In this document: piece after piece, positions 1-9,315 of the stretch
Position numbering within the stretch: the stretch's first letter is position 1
How the letters are laid out: every line of letters starts with the position of its first letter
IMG/VR virus record: IMGVR_UViG_3300044734_000006
Span: 1 to 64,000 of that record
DNA: 64,000 nucleotides
Strand: one strand, 5' to 3'
Origin: a virus
Position numbers and translations under genes: made by a program
Notes under the pieces: generated by a model
Seen by the model: the letters and a program-made list of their open reading frames with translations, nothing else
Database searches by the model: none
What the model was told of the DNA's origin: nothing

Positions 1-750
1 AAGTTCGCTCCGGTCGGTATCCTGCGGGCGGATGCGGCGGATGTAGTCGCGGAGCACCTTGCTCATGGCGTGCTTGGGAGTGTCGAGCGGGATCATCCGC
101 TCCTTGTTCCCCTTGCCGAAGACGCGCAGCAGCCAGTCTCCACGGCTGGTCTGGACGAGCGAGTCCAGCGTCATGAGCGGGATCTCGCAGCGCCGCACCC
201 CGCAGCGCACCATGAGTTCGACGATCACTCCGTCCCGGCCGCGGTCGCGGGAGTTGAATGCAGCCGTGCCGTCAGCGGTGCGCGCGAACGCCGTGACGCT
301 GAGCAGGCGGCGCGTGGCCTCGGGGTCGATGGAGCGCGGCAGGAGTTGCGGTCCCTTCGGCGCCGGGGTGTCGAGCACGGCGCGGTCCTCGAGGTAGCCA
401 CGCTTGGCGCACCAGCGCAGGAACTGCTTCGTGACGCGGTAGTGGATGTTGATGGTCGAGGCGCTGAGGCCGGCGGATCCCTGCGGGCCACGGAGCGCGG
501 CAAGCTCGGACAGGAATCGCTCGAACACCGCCTCGGTCCACTCGGCAACGGCCCGGAGACCCGCCTCCTCGGCGAACTCCTGCGACCGACCGCGGAGCAC
601 CCAGCGGTAGTTGCGCATCGTCCCCTCCTCCCGCATCAGTCGTGTCTGCGCAGCGAGGAACTCGGTGACGGTCTCATCCCAGCCGCTCGGGCGGGGCTTC
701 TCGACCGCGACGGGCGCGGGGATGGGCGTGGGGCGCTGGACGGAACGCAT
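1..750 (-). CDS. int: Tyrosine recombinase / integrase (XerC/D-like), C-terminus runs off the window
   Basis: Manual translation from ATG at 750 (GGAGG RBS upstream): MRSVQRP...STINIHYRVTKQFLRWC...RDGVIVELMVRCGVRRCEI...LRVFGKGNKERMIP; catalytic box-I Arg and GKGxKER Lys present. Confidence 0.92.
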   Translation of the reverse strand, partial: MRSVQRPTPIPAPVAVEKPRPSGWDETVTEFLAAQTRLMREEGTMRNYRWVLRGRSQEFAEEAGLRAVAEWTEAVFERFLSELAALRGPQGSAGLSASTINIHYRVTKQFLRWCAKRGYLEDRAVLDTPAPKGPQLLPRSIDPEATRRLLSVTAFARTADGTAAFNSRDRGRDGVIVELMVRCGVRRCEIPLMTLDSLVQTSRGDWLLRVFGKGNKERMIPLDTPKHAMSKVLRDYIRRIRPQDTDRSEL

Positions 751-793
751 GCGGGCCTCCTACGGGGCCACGATCAGGCTGTGAGCGCCGTTG

Positions 794-821
794 AGAATAC
801 GGGGGCTTCCAGCCGTGTCAA
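794..821 (-). promoter_or_regulatory. Sigma70-type promoter for the integrase
   Basis: TTGACA-16 nt-TATTCT on the minus strand about 45 nt upstream of the integrase ATG. Confidence 0.55.
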
Positions 822-1105
822 CCGCCGCTTTCGGATTTTCGTGCGGCTGTCGGCCTCGGACCCATCCTGCCTCGTGCCGAGATCGGCCTATCTCGCCCGG
901 AGATGGGCTCAGACCGTCGCGGTCGTCGGCGCAAGCTCGGTCTGTCAGCCGCCGCGGGTGAGGCGGTGTCTGCATAGGTCGTTGACACTGCGGGGATTTC
1001 TCCCTGCCTGTGGCTGTGATCACGTTCTCTGCGGTTCTCGTGTGCCTGTCGGGCGGCTGTCGTGGCCGCCTATGGTGCGCCGCTTTTTCATGAGCGTCAA
1101 GGCTC

Positions 1106-1402
1106 ATGCCTGAAACCGACCGACCGACCCACGGAGGAACGCCGAACGTGCTCACCGCCGACCCGGTGGCGAAGCCGCTCACCGCCTACCCATGCCCCGA
1201 GTGTGACGGCCCCACCCGCGTACTCACCACTCGCATGAGGGAGCGGAACGGTAACCCGTACGCCTTCCGCCAGCGGGTGTGTGAGGCGTGTGGCGAGAAG
1301 TTCAGCACACACGAACTGACGACCACCCGCGTCCATGCACTCCACGCCGCAGCCGAGGCGTTCGTCGTGCAGATGGCGCCCGACGAGACCACCGCGGCAT
1401 GA
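1106..1402 (+). CDS. Zinc-ribbon protein resembling the NrdR N-terminal domain
   Basis: CPECDGPTRVLTTR...RQRVCEACGEKFSTHE matches the NrdR CPxC...RRRECxxCxxRFTTYE pattern; no ATP-cone. Confidence 0.65.
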   Translation: MPETDRPTHGGTPNVLTADPVAKPLTAYPCPECDGPTRVLTTRMRERNGNPYAFRQRVCEACGEKFSTHELTTTRVHALHAAAEAFVVQMAPDETTAA

Positions 1403-2181
1403 CAACCGCACAGGAGGACCGCATCATGACCGACTTGGCGATCGTGGAAGATCGCGACACCGAGACCACGACGCTCGGCGAGACCGAGGCACGGGCGCTG
1501 ACGGAGCGCATCCGCACGCACTGGAACATCATCAAGGCGCCGCTGCAAGCCTTCGCCGCGCTGATGGCAGAGGCTGAGGACGGCAAGCCGTGGGAGGCGC
1601 TCGGCCACGGCACCGGGGAGACGGGCCGGCTGAAGTGGCTCCGCGAGGAGTTCAACATCGGCAGGGCGCAGTACTTCCGCATGCGCAAGGCAGCGACCGA
1701 CGAGGCGCGGCTGAGCAAGGCTGCGGGGACGACGCTGCAGATCCGCGAGTCCCACGTCCGAGGGATCCGCCCCGACCAGATCGGTGAGATCGCCGCGGCG
1801 GTGACCGAGAAGATCGGCGAGTCCAAGCTGACCCACGACGAGCGCATGGAGATCGTGCAGGCCGGACTGGCTGAGGCGCGGGCGAACTCTCCGGTCGGCA
1901 AGCCACGCCGCTACGTCGAGCATGGCGAGGTTGTTGACGCCGAGGTCACGCCTGTGATCGTGGAGTCCGCCCCGGCGGTACGGGCGGCGCCGAAGGGACG
2001 CAGGGTGAGCGACGAGAGCGTCGCCCATCTTGCCAAGGCGCTGGACATGCTGGCCGGGGTTGGTGTCCACGCCGAGGACATGGCACGGGGGTTGACCGCT
2101 AAGCAGGCGGCCGAGCTGCCGAGCCTCGAGGATGCCTACGAGTGGCTGACCGTGTTCTACGCCGCTCGGGCGAGTGTGTGA
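1399..2181 (+). CDS. Hypothetical phage protein
   Basis: ATGA overlap with the upstream gene, alternative RBS-backed ATG at 1426, normal composition. Confidence 0.7.
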   Translation: MTTAQEDRIMTDLAIVEDRDTETTTLGETEARALTERIRTHWNIIKAPLQAFAALMAEAEDGKPWEALGHGTGETGRLKWLREEFNIGRAQYFRMRKAATDEARLSKAAGTTLQIRESHVRGIRPDQIGEIAAAVTEKIGESKLTHDERMEIVQAGLAEARANSPVGKPRRYVEHGEVVDAEVTPVIVESAPAVRAAPKGRRVSDESVAHLAKALDMLAGVGVHAEDMARGLTAKQAAELPSLEDAYEWLTVFYAARASV

Positions 2182-2200
2182 CGGCTCAGTAGAACGAAAC

Positions 2201-2235
2201 GGGGCTCCGCGGCGCTTCACCTCGCCCGGAGCCCC
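2201..2235. terminator. GC-rich hairpin (terminator-like, U-tract on minus strand)
   Basis: GGGGCTCCG-CGGCG...CGCC-CGGAGCCCC in the intergenic gap, flanked by AGAACGAAAC. Confidence 0.45.
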
Positions 2236-2382
2236 TGTCCAGCCCCATCCCTGCCAGGAGGAGCCAACCCCATGAAGGAGGTCAGTGGTGACGACGATAC
2301 CACATACCGATACCCGTAGCGCAACCGTAAGTCTTGCCCACAGGATAGTCAGGCTTCACCTGCTGCCTCGGGTGGCGGCGCT

Positions 2383-3378
2383 GTGAGCGTCGAGGCTACC
2401 CGCTGGGTGTGGAAATTCTCGGTGGTCGGCGGTACCGACCGCCTCGTCCTGCTTGCCATCGCAGACTGCGCCAACGACTACGGCGGTAACTCTTGGCCAT
2501 CGATCAAAACCATCGCCGAGAAGTGCCGGGTATCCGAGGCCACCGTCCAACGGACGATCGCTAGGCTTCGGGATGCGGGGCACCTGGAGGTCGAGTACCA
2601 ATCCGGAGGATTCGAGGACACACCGGCGCGGCGCAGGCCCAACCGCTACAAGGTTGTCGGGGTCGCAGATTGCGACCCCACAGAATTGTCGGGGTCGCAA
2701 AACAGAATTGTCGGGGTCGCAAAACAGAATTGTCGGGGTCGCATGCAGGTGCGACCCGAACCAGAGACTCTGAACGTACAAGATATAAAACTAAAGCCTC
2801 CGTATGGTTCCAACGACGACCCTGCAGAGGTGTCCGTAGCAGAGGAGCCACGGCCTACGGCTCACGCTCCCCTCGGCGACGTCCCGCAGAACGAACGAGA
2901 CACGCAGCCCGAGCCAGCGCCACTTCGGTCGATCAGCACGCGAGAAGCCCTAGCCGCGATGTTCGCCACGACGCGAGCAGATGCGAACGGGAGTGATATT
3001 GCGCCGCCGCCCTCCTCGCCGCCCACGGACCCCACGAACGGCCACCATCCGCCGGCCAACGGCAAGCCCGACCTAGAGGCGGTCGTGGCGGTCTACAACG
3101 CCAACCGAGGCACCCTGCCGAGTGTCCGCAAGGTACCGAGCAGCCCCAACGCTCGGAGTGCTCTGCTCCGGATGTGGGAAGACGCGGACGGCGACGTTGC
3201 GCTGATCGGGATGGCGGTCAAGGCAGCGTCGCAGGATCCGCACTACCAGGGCGGCGCAGACCATCACCCCTACGGGCTGGTCACGATCGCCCGGCACTTC
3301 GCTGAGCGGTGGCAGGGTATCGCTAGCCGGAAGCGTGAGCAGGACGCCGAGTTGGACCGCTGGCGGCCAGCGGAGTGA
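2383..3378 (+). CDS. Phage replication initiator (winged-HTH, lambda O-like)
   Basis: RLVLLAIADCAND..SWPSIKTIAEKCRVSEATVQRTIARL N-terminal HTH; internal iterons; overlaps dnaB. Confidence 0.88.
   Translation: MSVEATRWVWKFSVVGGTDRLVLLAIADCANDYGGNSWPSIKTIAEKCRVSEATVQRTIARLRDAGHLEVEYQSGGFEDTPARRRPNRYKVVGVADCDPTELSGSQNRIVGVAKQNCRGRMQVRPEPETLNVQDIKLKPPYGSNDDPAEVSVAEEPRPTAHAPLGDVPQNERDTQPEPAPLRSISTREALAAMFATTRADANGSDIAPPPSSPPTDPTNGHHPPANGKPDLEAVVAVYNANRGTLPSVRKVPSSPNARSALLRMWEDADGDVALIGMAVKAASQDPHYQGGADHHPYGLVTIARHFAERWQGIASRKREQDAELDRWRPAE
2654..2797. repeat. Iteron array / probable phage origin of replication
   Basis: Core TTGTCGGGGTCGCA at 2654, 2686, 2708, 2730 (22-bp period ACAGAATTGTCGGGGTCGCAAA), inverted half-sites TGCGACCC at 2671 and 2750, AT-rich AGATATAAAACTAAA at 2781. 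Confidence 0.85.
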
Positions 3379-4685
3379 CCCTCAACCTGCCGACCGACGC
3401 TGACCTTGAGCGCCGCCTGCTGACGGTCTGCCTCGTCGACCCAGACGCCATCCACGTCGCCAGCGGGCATGTCGAGGCGGACGACCTCAGCGTCACTGCT
3501 AACGCGGCAGTGTTCAGGACGATGCGTCGGCTGGCGGACTGCGGGATCCCGGTCGGCCCGGAGTCGGTCATCGCGGACTTGCAGCGTGAGGGCGGTGGAA
3601 CCGAGGTGGATCTGTTCGTCGCGGGGCTGGTCACGGGGAACCACCGGAGGTCCATGCTGGAGTTCTACGCCCGGACGATCCGCGAGCTATCAGTGCGGCG
3701 GCGCCTGATCACCGCGGCCCGCGAGGTGGCGGTGATGGCCAGCCAGACGGGGCGCACGATCGAGTCGGTGCTCGAAACGGTGGCGACGCGCTACTCCGTG
3801 GCAGCGGACCTCAAGCGAGGATCGTCGGTGCCGCAGCAGGACGCGATGCGTGAGGCGTGGGGGAAGTGGGAGCGGCGGTTGCACTCCGGACCGCGCGGCA
3901 TCCCGACCGGGTTCCGCGACCTCGACCACATCACGGACGGCTGGATGGCCGAGGAGTTGATTATCGTCGCCGCGCGTCCCGGGGTCGGCAAGACGACGCT
4001 GCTGCTCCACCTCGCGCTCGCCGCTGCGAGGGCCGGCGAGCAGGTTCTGTTCGTCACCTTGGAGATGCCTACGGACGCTCTGCTGCGGCGTCTCGTGGCT
4101 TCGATCGCGATGATCCCGGAGCGGATGATCGACGGACGCATGACCGCCGGTATGACGACCAAGGCGGCGCTGGCAGCGGACGAACTCAACAATCTGCCGC
4201 TGTCGTGGATCAGCGAGGCGACGACGGTCTCTGAGTTGACCAAGCAGGTACAGGTGCACCGCCTGCGCCAGCAGTGCTCGGTACTGCTCGTGGACCAACT
4301 TGGCAAGCTGCGCCCTGCACGTAGTCGCGACAACCGCAACGGCGACGTGTCCGAGTTCAGCGACGGTCTCAAGCAGATCGCCCGGACGTGCAAGATCCCG
4401 GTGATCGCCGCGCATCAGTTCAGCCGTGCCGCGGCAGGGCTCGGCAAGGACCAGCATCCCGAACTGCACCACCTCCGAGACAGTGGCACGGTCGAGCAGG
4501 ACGCGGACATCGCTGTTCTCATGCACCGCCCGTGGGATGATGCGGACCGGCATGAGGGGCCGATCGAGGTGCATGTCGCCAAGAACCGTCGCAACGGCGC
4601 AGAGAAGACGACGCTGTACTACATCGGCGAGCAGACGCGGTTCGCCCCCGCCTTCTCTCCGCAGGTGTTGGCGAACGATGGATGA
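3375..4685 (+). CDS. dnaB: Replicative DNA helicase
   Basis: GIPTGFRDLD, IIVAARPGVGKT (Walker A), FVTLEM, LRDSGTVEQDAD, VAKNR. Confidence 0.96.
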   Translation: MTLNLPTDADLERRLLTVCLVDPDAIHVASGHVEADDLSVTANAAVFRTMRRLADCGIPVGPESVIADLQREGGGTEVDLFVAGLVTGNHRRSMLEFYARTIRELSVRRRLITAAREVAVMASQTGRTIESVLETVATRYSVAADLKRGSSVPQQDAMREAWGKWERRLHSGPRGIPTGFRDLDHITDGWMAEELIIVAARPGVGKTTLLLHLALAAARAGEQVLFVTLEMPTDALLRRLVASIAMIPERMIDGRMTAGMTTKAALAADELNNLPLSWISEATTVSELTKQVQVHRLRQQCSVLLVDQLGKLRPARSRDNRNGDVSEFSDGLKQIARTCKIPVIAAHQFSRAAAGLGKDQHPELHHLRDSGTVEQDADIAVLMHRPWDDADRHEGPIEVHVAKNRRNGAEKTTLYYIGEQTRFAPAFSPQVLANDG

Positions 4686-5079
4686 GGATGAACTCGAATC
4701 GCTCGCCACGCCGCCCATCGATGAGGACGCCTGCCGCACCGCTCGGGCTGCCGTGGAGGCCGCACGCGTGATCGCAAGGCGTACCGGCGACGATCTGCTC
4801 GAGGGCGTTGCGAACCGCGTGGAGGACGCCATCGAGGGCTACCGCGCCACGCCGTCTCTGTGGGCGGAAGGGATGTGCTACGCGAGGATTCAGCGGGTTG
4901 GTGCAGCGGAGTGGCTGGAGCGGGCGATGGTCGAACTGCGCTGGCATCTGGACAAGGCGATGGACGGCAGCAGCGTCGTACACCTGAGCGACTACGGACT
5001 GACGGAGGAGCAGGTGGCCATGTGCAAGGGTCGGCCGCTCCAGCAACCAACGACGATGGAGGGAGACTGGGATGCATGA
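4678..5079 (+). CDS. Hypothetical protein
   Basis: ATG overlapping the dnaB end; fills the operon gap. Confidence 0.6.
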   Translation: MDEDELESLATPPIDEDACRTARAAVEAARVIARRTGDDLLEGVANRVEDAIEGYRATPSLWAEGMCYARIQRVGAAEWLERAMVELRWHLDKAMDGSSVVHLSDYGLTEEQVAMCKGRPLQQPTTMEGDWDA

Positions 5080-5293
5080 CTTGTCCAGCGCGATGAGTGT
5101 TGCTGAGGAACTTGCGAAGCGCCACGACGGGCACTTCACGCTGATGCGGTTCACCACAGGATGGAAGGCTGTCTTCGGGACGCCGGACGTGTGGGTAGAG
5201 GACAGGGCGGCGATCTTCGCGCTGGAGATCCATGACACGGCGTATGGCGTGGTTGTTGATGCAATTATCCGCGAGCGAGCTGGGGTGCACTGA
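5072..5293 (+). CDS. Hypothetical protein
   Basis: Coupled start/stop overlaps on both sides. Confidence 0.6.
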   Translation: MHDLSSAMSVAEELAKRHDGHFTLMRFTTGWKAVFGTPDVWVEDRAAIFALEIHDTAYGVVVDAIIRERAGVH

Positions 5294-6126
5294 TGCAGGC
5301 GACATCGATAGAGTGGGCCTCGGCTACATACAACCCGGTCACCGGCTGCACCCGCGTCAGCCCCGGCTGCGGTAAGCCACTGCCCGGATCCGAGGGCCAG
5401 CCGCATGGCAAGTGTTATGCGGAGACCTTCGCTGAGCGGTGGCGCGGGGTTCCGGGCCACGCCTACGAGCACGGCTTCGACGTGCAACTGCGCCCTGAGC
5501 GGTTGGAGCAGCCGTTGTCGTGGCGCAAGCCGTCACGGATCTTCGTCTGTAGCATGGCCGATCTGTTCCACGCGGACGTTCCGGCCGAGTACATCGAGCA
5601 GGTGTGGGACGTCTTCGAGCGTGCGCACTGGCATGAGTTCCTCGTGCTGACGAAGCGTGCAGAGAGGATGGAGCGTGTGGCGCGCAACCTCATGCATCGG
5701 TTCGATGACGAGTACCACGGCTACAGCGGCGGAAATCCGCTGGATAATGTGTGGTGCGGCACCAGCGTCGAGACGCCAACCTACTACGGCCGTATCCGTC
5801 ACCTGCAACGCACACCAGCCGCGGTGCGGTTCCTCTCGTGCGAGCCCCTCTTGGCGCCGCTGCCGGATCTGCCGCTCGGTGGCATCGACTGGGTGATTGT
5901 AGGGGCAGAGAGTGGTCCGGGAGCACGTCCTATGGACTTGTCCTGGGTAAGCGACATCATCCGCCAGTGTCGCGCTGCTGGTACGGCAGTTTTTGTGAAG
6001 CAGATGGGCGCGGTGTGGGCGCGCGAGCATGATGCACGAACTGCAGACGGCAAGCGCGACGTGAAGGGCCACAATATGGATCTGTGGCCTGCTGACCTGC
6101 AGGTGCGCGAGATGCCCGGCCGATGA
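5293..6126 (+). CDS. Phage Gp37/Gp68 family protein (DUF5131, radical-SAM-like)
   Basis: IEWxxxTYNPVTGCTRVSPGC...CYAE, IFVCSMADLFH, LTKR, RFLSCEPLL, DWVIVGAESGPGARPM, FVKQMG. Confidence 0.92.
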   Translation: MQATSIEWASATYNPVTGCTRVSPGCGKPLPGSEGQPHGKCYAETFAERWRGVPGHAYEHGFDVQLRPERLEQPLSWRKPSRIFVCSMADLFHADVPAEYIEQVWDVFERAHWHEFLVLTKRAERMERVARNLMHRFDDEYHGYSGGNPLDNVWCGTSVETPTYYGRIRHLQRTPAAVRFLSCEPLLAPLPDLPLGGIDWVIVGAESGPGARPMDLSWVSDIIRQCRAAGTAVFVKQMGAVWAREHDARTADGKRDVKGHNMDLWPADLQVREMPGR

Positions 6127-6404
6127 ATGGACGTGAGCCACAGATGGAGTTAGAGATGCACTTCCTGCGCAACTTCGGCAAGCCGCAGCACGAGGTCAGC
6201 CGATGCGACTACGAGCGCGCTTGCGAGGGGACCAACGTACCTTCGTACCAAGCGCCTGACCTGATGGACGCCTACGAGGAGCCGGGGCGGCTGTACGACG
6301 GTGCCACGGCCACGCGTGTGGTCTCGCAGGTGACGTGCTTACCCTGCCGCGACTGGTTGGCGCCACGACTGGATGACGACGGCGACCTGATGGTGCAGTC
6401 CTGA
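6123..6404 (+). CDS. Hypothetical protein
   Basis: ATGA overlap, operon context. Confidence 0.55.
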   Translation: MNGREPQMELEMHFLRNFGKPQHEVSRCDYERACEGTNVPSYQAPDLMDAYEEPGRLYDGATATRVVSQVTCLPCRDWLAPRLDDDGDLMVQS

Positions 6405-6588
6405 TGGAGCCGTGCAAGTGTGGCGGGGAGATGTGGGGGCGGCCGGCGAGCAACAGTGGCGGATGGTGCTGCGCGTTCTGTCACCCTGACCCGCGCATCC
6501 TGATCGCTGAGTGGGTAGCTGCAGGCCGTCCCCCGTACAACGCGTGGCTCGCTGCAGGGCGTCCCGTACCGGCGCTGAGGCGTGCGGC

Positions 6589-6810
6589 ATGAGGACCGCC
6601 ACGGACGACCGCGTAGCCGCGCTGGGTCTCCAGCTGGAGAGGATGCAGGCGCTCAACGTGGACCAGGGCAGGCACATCGCCAAGCTGATGCGTGAGCGTG
6701 CGGAGCAGGACGCAGTCATCGCCAGCCTGTACACAAAGATCGCGGAGCGGGACGCCGTGGTCATCGCAGTGTTGCAGCGCGAACTGGATACGTTGGAGGG
6801 TGCGGCGTGA
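6589..6810 (+). CDS. Hypothetical coiled-coil protein
   Basis: ATGA overlap, heptad-like sequence. Confidence 0.55.
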   Translation: MRTATDDRVAALGLQLERMQALNVDQGRHIAKLMRERAEQDAVIASLYTKIAERDAVVIAVLQRELDTLEGAA

Positions 6811-7118
6811 GCGACTGCCGATTTGATCGCCGCTGGTACGACCACGGCGACGGCTCGCCGTGCCCCATGCCACCACTTTCGCCTACGGGGGCCGCATTCG
6901 GCTATGTGTACCCATGCCGCCGGGATCAGGGTGGACGTTGCGAGGCGTGGCATTGGTGCGTACCCGCTGCCGAGGCCGACGGCACCGAGGCAACGGCCCA
7001 AGCTGCACATGACGCAGGATTGCAGGCCATGGACCGCGCTGGCCTTACTCCCGACCATGGCGAGCATAGCCCCTGCTGGTGTTGCTGGGACATCCGCGTC
7101 GCTGGGGTAGTGAGATGA
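6807..7118 (+). CDS. Hypothetical Cys/His-rich protein
   Basis: GTGA overlap, operon context. Confidence 0.5.
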   Translation: MSDCRFDRRWYDHGDGSPCPMPPLSPTGAAFGYVYPCRRDQGGRCEAWHWCVPAAEADGTEATAQAAHDAGLQAMDRAGLTPDHGEHSPCWCCWDIRVAGVVR

Positions 7119-7311
7119 GCAGCAACCCCGGCGGCTGCACGCCGCTCCGCATCCTCACCAAGCCGACGCAGTGGTCCCTGCACGAGGGCGGACACCTCAC
7201 CGTAGCCTGCGCCGCTGCAGCGCGCTATTCTGCCACCAACGGCCGCACAGGGCTCGGGATGGACCGCTCCTGCCCTGTGTGCCTGACGCTGCTGCTGGTA
7301 TGGGAGAAGCC

Positions 7312-7822
7312 GTGAGCGTCTACGCTGGGAATCGGCACATGGTCAACGGATCGCCACCTCGCGGATTTTTCGCCGTTGGAGTGGATCAACCAAAGTGCGA
7401 GATCAACATAGGCACGCTCTGGCGTACAGCTCACATCCTCGGTGCCGCCTACCTGTTCACGATCGGCAAGCGGTATCGCCGTCAGCCATCAGATACCACC
7501 AAGCGGTGTCCCAGTGGATCAGGCGTTGACGCACCTTCCTCTGATCCACTGGGACACCGCTGACGACATGCGTTCCCATCTCCCCCTTGGGGCTCGGTTG
7601 GTCGGCGTTGAACTTGCCGACGAGGCCGTAGCGTTGCCAGACTACGAGCACTGGCAACAGAGCGTCTACCTGCTAGGTGCCGAGGACCGTGGGATCTCGG
7701 CTGATGTTTTGTCACGATGTCACGACGTTGTGAAACTTCCAGGGTCCATGTCGATGAATGTGGCTGTGGCTGGAAGCATCGTCATGTACGACCGTATTGC
7801 CAGGGGCGCACGGCGCCGCTAG
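7312..7822 (+). pseudogene. SpoU/TrmH-family RNA methyltransferase, frameshifted by a 19-nt insertion
   Basis: N-half (NIGTLWRTAHILGA...SDTTK) and C-half (ALTHLPL...LLGAEDRGIS...SMNVAVAGSIVMYDR) lie in different frames; deleting 7504-7522 joins them. Confidence 0.85.
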
Positions 7823-7837
7823 GGAGGGGCCTGCCAC

Positions 7838-8050
7838 ATGATCAACCGTTCCGAGACGCGCGGAAGGGATGGCGTGGTGGTGACCATCGCCAGCCGCGAC
7901 CGGTTGCCGGACTTACAGCGGTTCGTGGACGACGAGTACAGCAATGACCGACGCAACGTGGACGTTGACCTGTTGGAATGGGCCGTGCGTGAGATCCGGT
8001 ACTTGCGCCTGCTCGCCAAGCGCCACCGTGAGATGGACGAGGCGTCCTGA
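7838..8050 (+). CDS. Hypothetical protein
   Basis: GGAGG RBS and ATG. Confidence 0.55.
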   Translation: MINRSETRGRDGVVVTIASRDRLPDLQRFVDDEYSNDRRNVDVDLLEWAVREIRYLRLLAKRHREMDEAS

Positions 8051-8263
8051 ACTACGCCGCCTACGCCACTACATAACCCGCGGACAACCTCGCCATCGCT
8101 TGACGACCCGCCACCAGCCAGGTATGTTGTCAACCCACCGTCTCCCCACCCGCTACACCGGACTTCTACGCCGTAGTATCGCCTGTCGCACTTGACGCAG
8201 GCTTGGGCCAGGTCATACCCTGCGGTCAGTAACGACGGGGGAGGCCATGGCGGGGGCCTAGAG

Positions 8264-8836
8264 ATGCAGGCAGGGGCACAGGTGTCCCAGGGTGACGGTG
8301 ACTCAGGTCACAGCACGATGGACGATGACGCTGTAGACACCGAGCAGTACGACGTCGAGATTCCACCCGGCTGGAAGACCGTCCGGCGCATGGCATTGGA
8401 CTGCGGCGTCGCCATGGGGACGATTCGGCGCCATTACAAGGAGTACAAAACCTTACCGTTCCGGAGGTTATCCGATGGGCGTATCATTGTCAATGCGAAT
8501 GAGGCTCCCATAGAGCGGATCAAGGGCGCCCACCGTCACCGCCGGATGATGGACGAGGCGAGACAAGAGATCGTGCCGACCGCTACCGCGGAGCCTACCG
8601 ACGATGATTACTCCGCTGTGCAAGTGATCCGCCGTCACGTCCGCTGGCTCGAGCAGACGATCGAGGAGTTGCAAAACCGCCACGCCGAGTACGAGCGCGA
8701 ACGCAGGCGTATGGAGCAGGCGCACCGGGCCGAGTGCCAGCAGTTGCTGGCGATCATCTCTAGCCTGACCAACGCCACGCAGACACCCGCCTCCAGCCCC
8801 CGTAGATCGCGCCGCAAGGCCACAGAGGCGGGCTAG
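8264..8836 (+). CDS. Putative HTH DNA-binding protein with C-terminal coiled coil
   Basis: WKTVRRMALDCGVAMGTIRRH HTH-like segment; start uncertain. Confidence 0.55.
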   Translation: MQAGAQVSQGDGDSGHSTMDDDAVDTEQYDVEIPPGWKTVRRMALDCGVAMGTIRRHYKEYKTLPFRRLSDGRIIVNANEAPIERIKGAHRHRRMMDEARQEIVPTATAEPTDDDYSAVQVIRRHVRWLEQTIEELQNRHAEYERERRRMEQAHRAECQQLLAIISSLTNATQTPASSPRRSRRKATEAG

Positions 8837-9222
8837 GAGGCAGGGTCGGTAGGCATGTGTGCCTGTGGGCGCGACAGGAGGGCGTATAGGGCGTCACGGT
8901 CGCTCGGGCGGACCACCATGGCCACCCATCCTGCTCGTCGGAACGCCGCTAGCCACGCATCCTGCTCGGGTGTGGTGCGCCCCGTCTCGCGCTTGATTTC
9001 TGCCACTACCCCGTAGTCGCACTGTGAATGGAGTAGGAGAACGTCGAGGAACCCAACGCCGTCACCCTGCACGGGGGTACGCCAGCCCTTTGTTGTCCGT
9101 CCCGGCCTAGCGTGGTAGGAGCGCCACCCGTGCATCTTGGCGACGTCCAGCACCCACGTCAGCAGCGCGTCCTCAGAGATGGCTCGCAGCGTGTGGTCGG
9201 CGGCGGTCAGGCGTGCGCTCAT
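8833..9222 (-). CDS. VRR-NUC family nuclease / putative Holliday junction resolvase
   Basis: SEDALL...GFLDVLLL...AEIKRETGRTTPEQDAWL PD-(D/E)xK pattern. Confidence 0.85.
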   Translation of the reverse strand: MSARLTAADHTLRAISEDALLTWVLDVAKMHGWRSYHARPGRTTKGWRTPVQGDGVGFLDVLLLHSQCDYGVVAEIKRETGRTTPEQDAWLAAFRRAGWVAMVVRPSDRDALYALLSRPQAHMPTDPAS

Positions 9223-9315
9223 GGGGCGGGCTCCTCTGGCAGCCGCACGTCGAAGGTGACGCCCTCGGGTGGGAGCGACAGCAGAGGAGCCCGCATCGCC
9301 ATTGTCAGATCCCGG

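Noticed and set aside
1-1100. attP/attL site near the integrase
   Set aside because: The integrase 3' end and both prophage boundaries are outside the window; no paired core repeat can be shown
70-1113. 347-aa plus-strand ORF and similar long ORFs (28959-30158, 34587-35828, 40938-42017, 61853-62857)
   Set aside because: Antisense or off-frame shadows of recognisable genes; typical of GC-rich DNA, Arg/Gly/His-rich with no motifs
2680-2743. Regular 22-bp repeats as a CRISPR array
   Set aside because: Head-to-tail with no unique spacers, inside a replication gene, no cas genes
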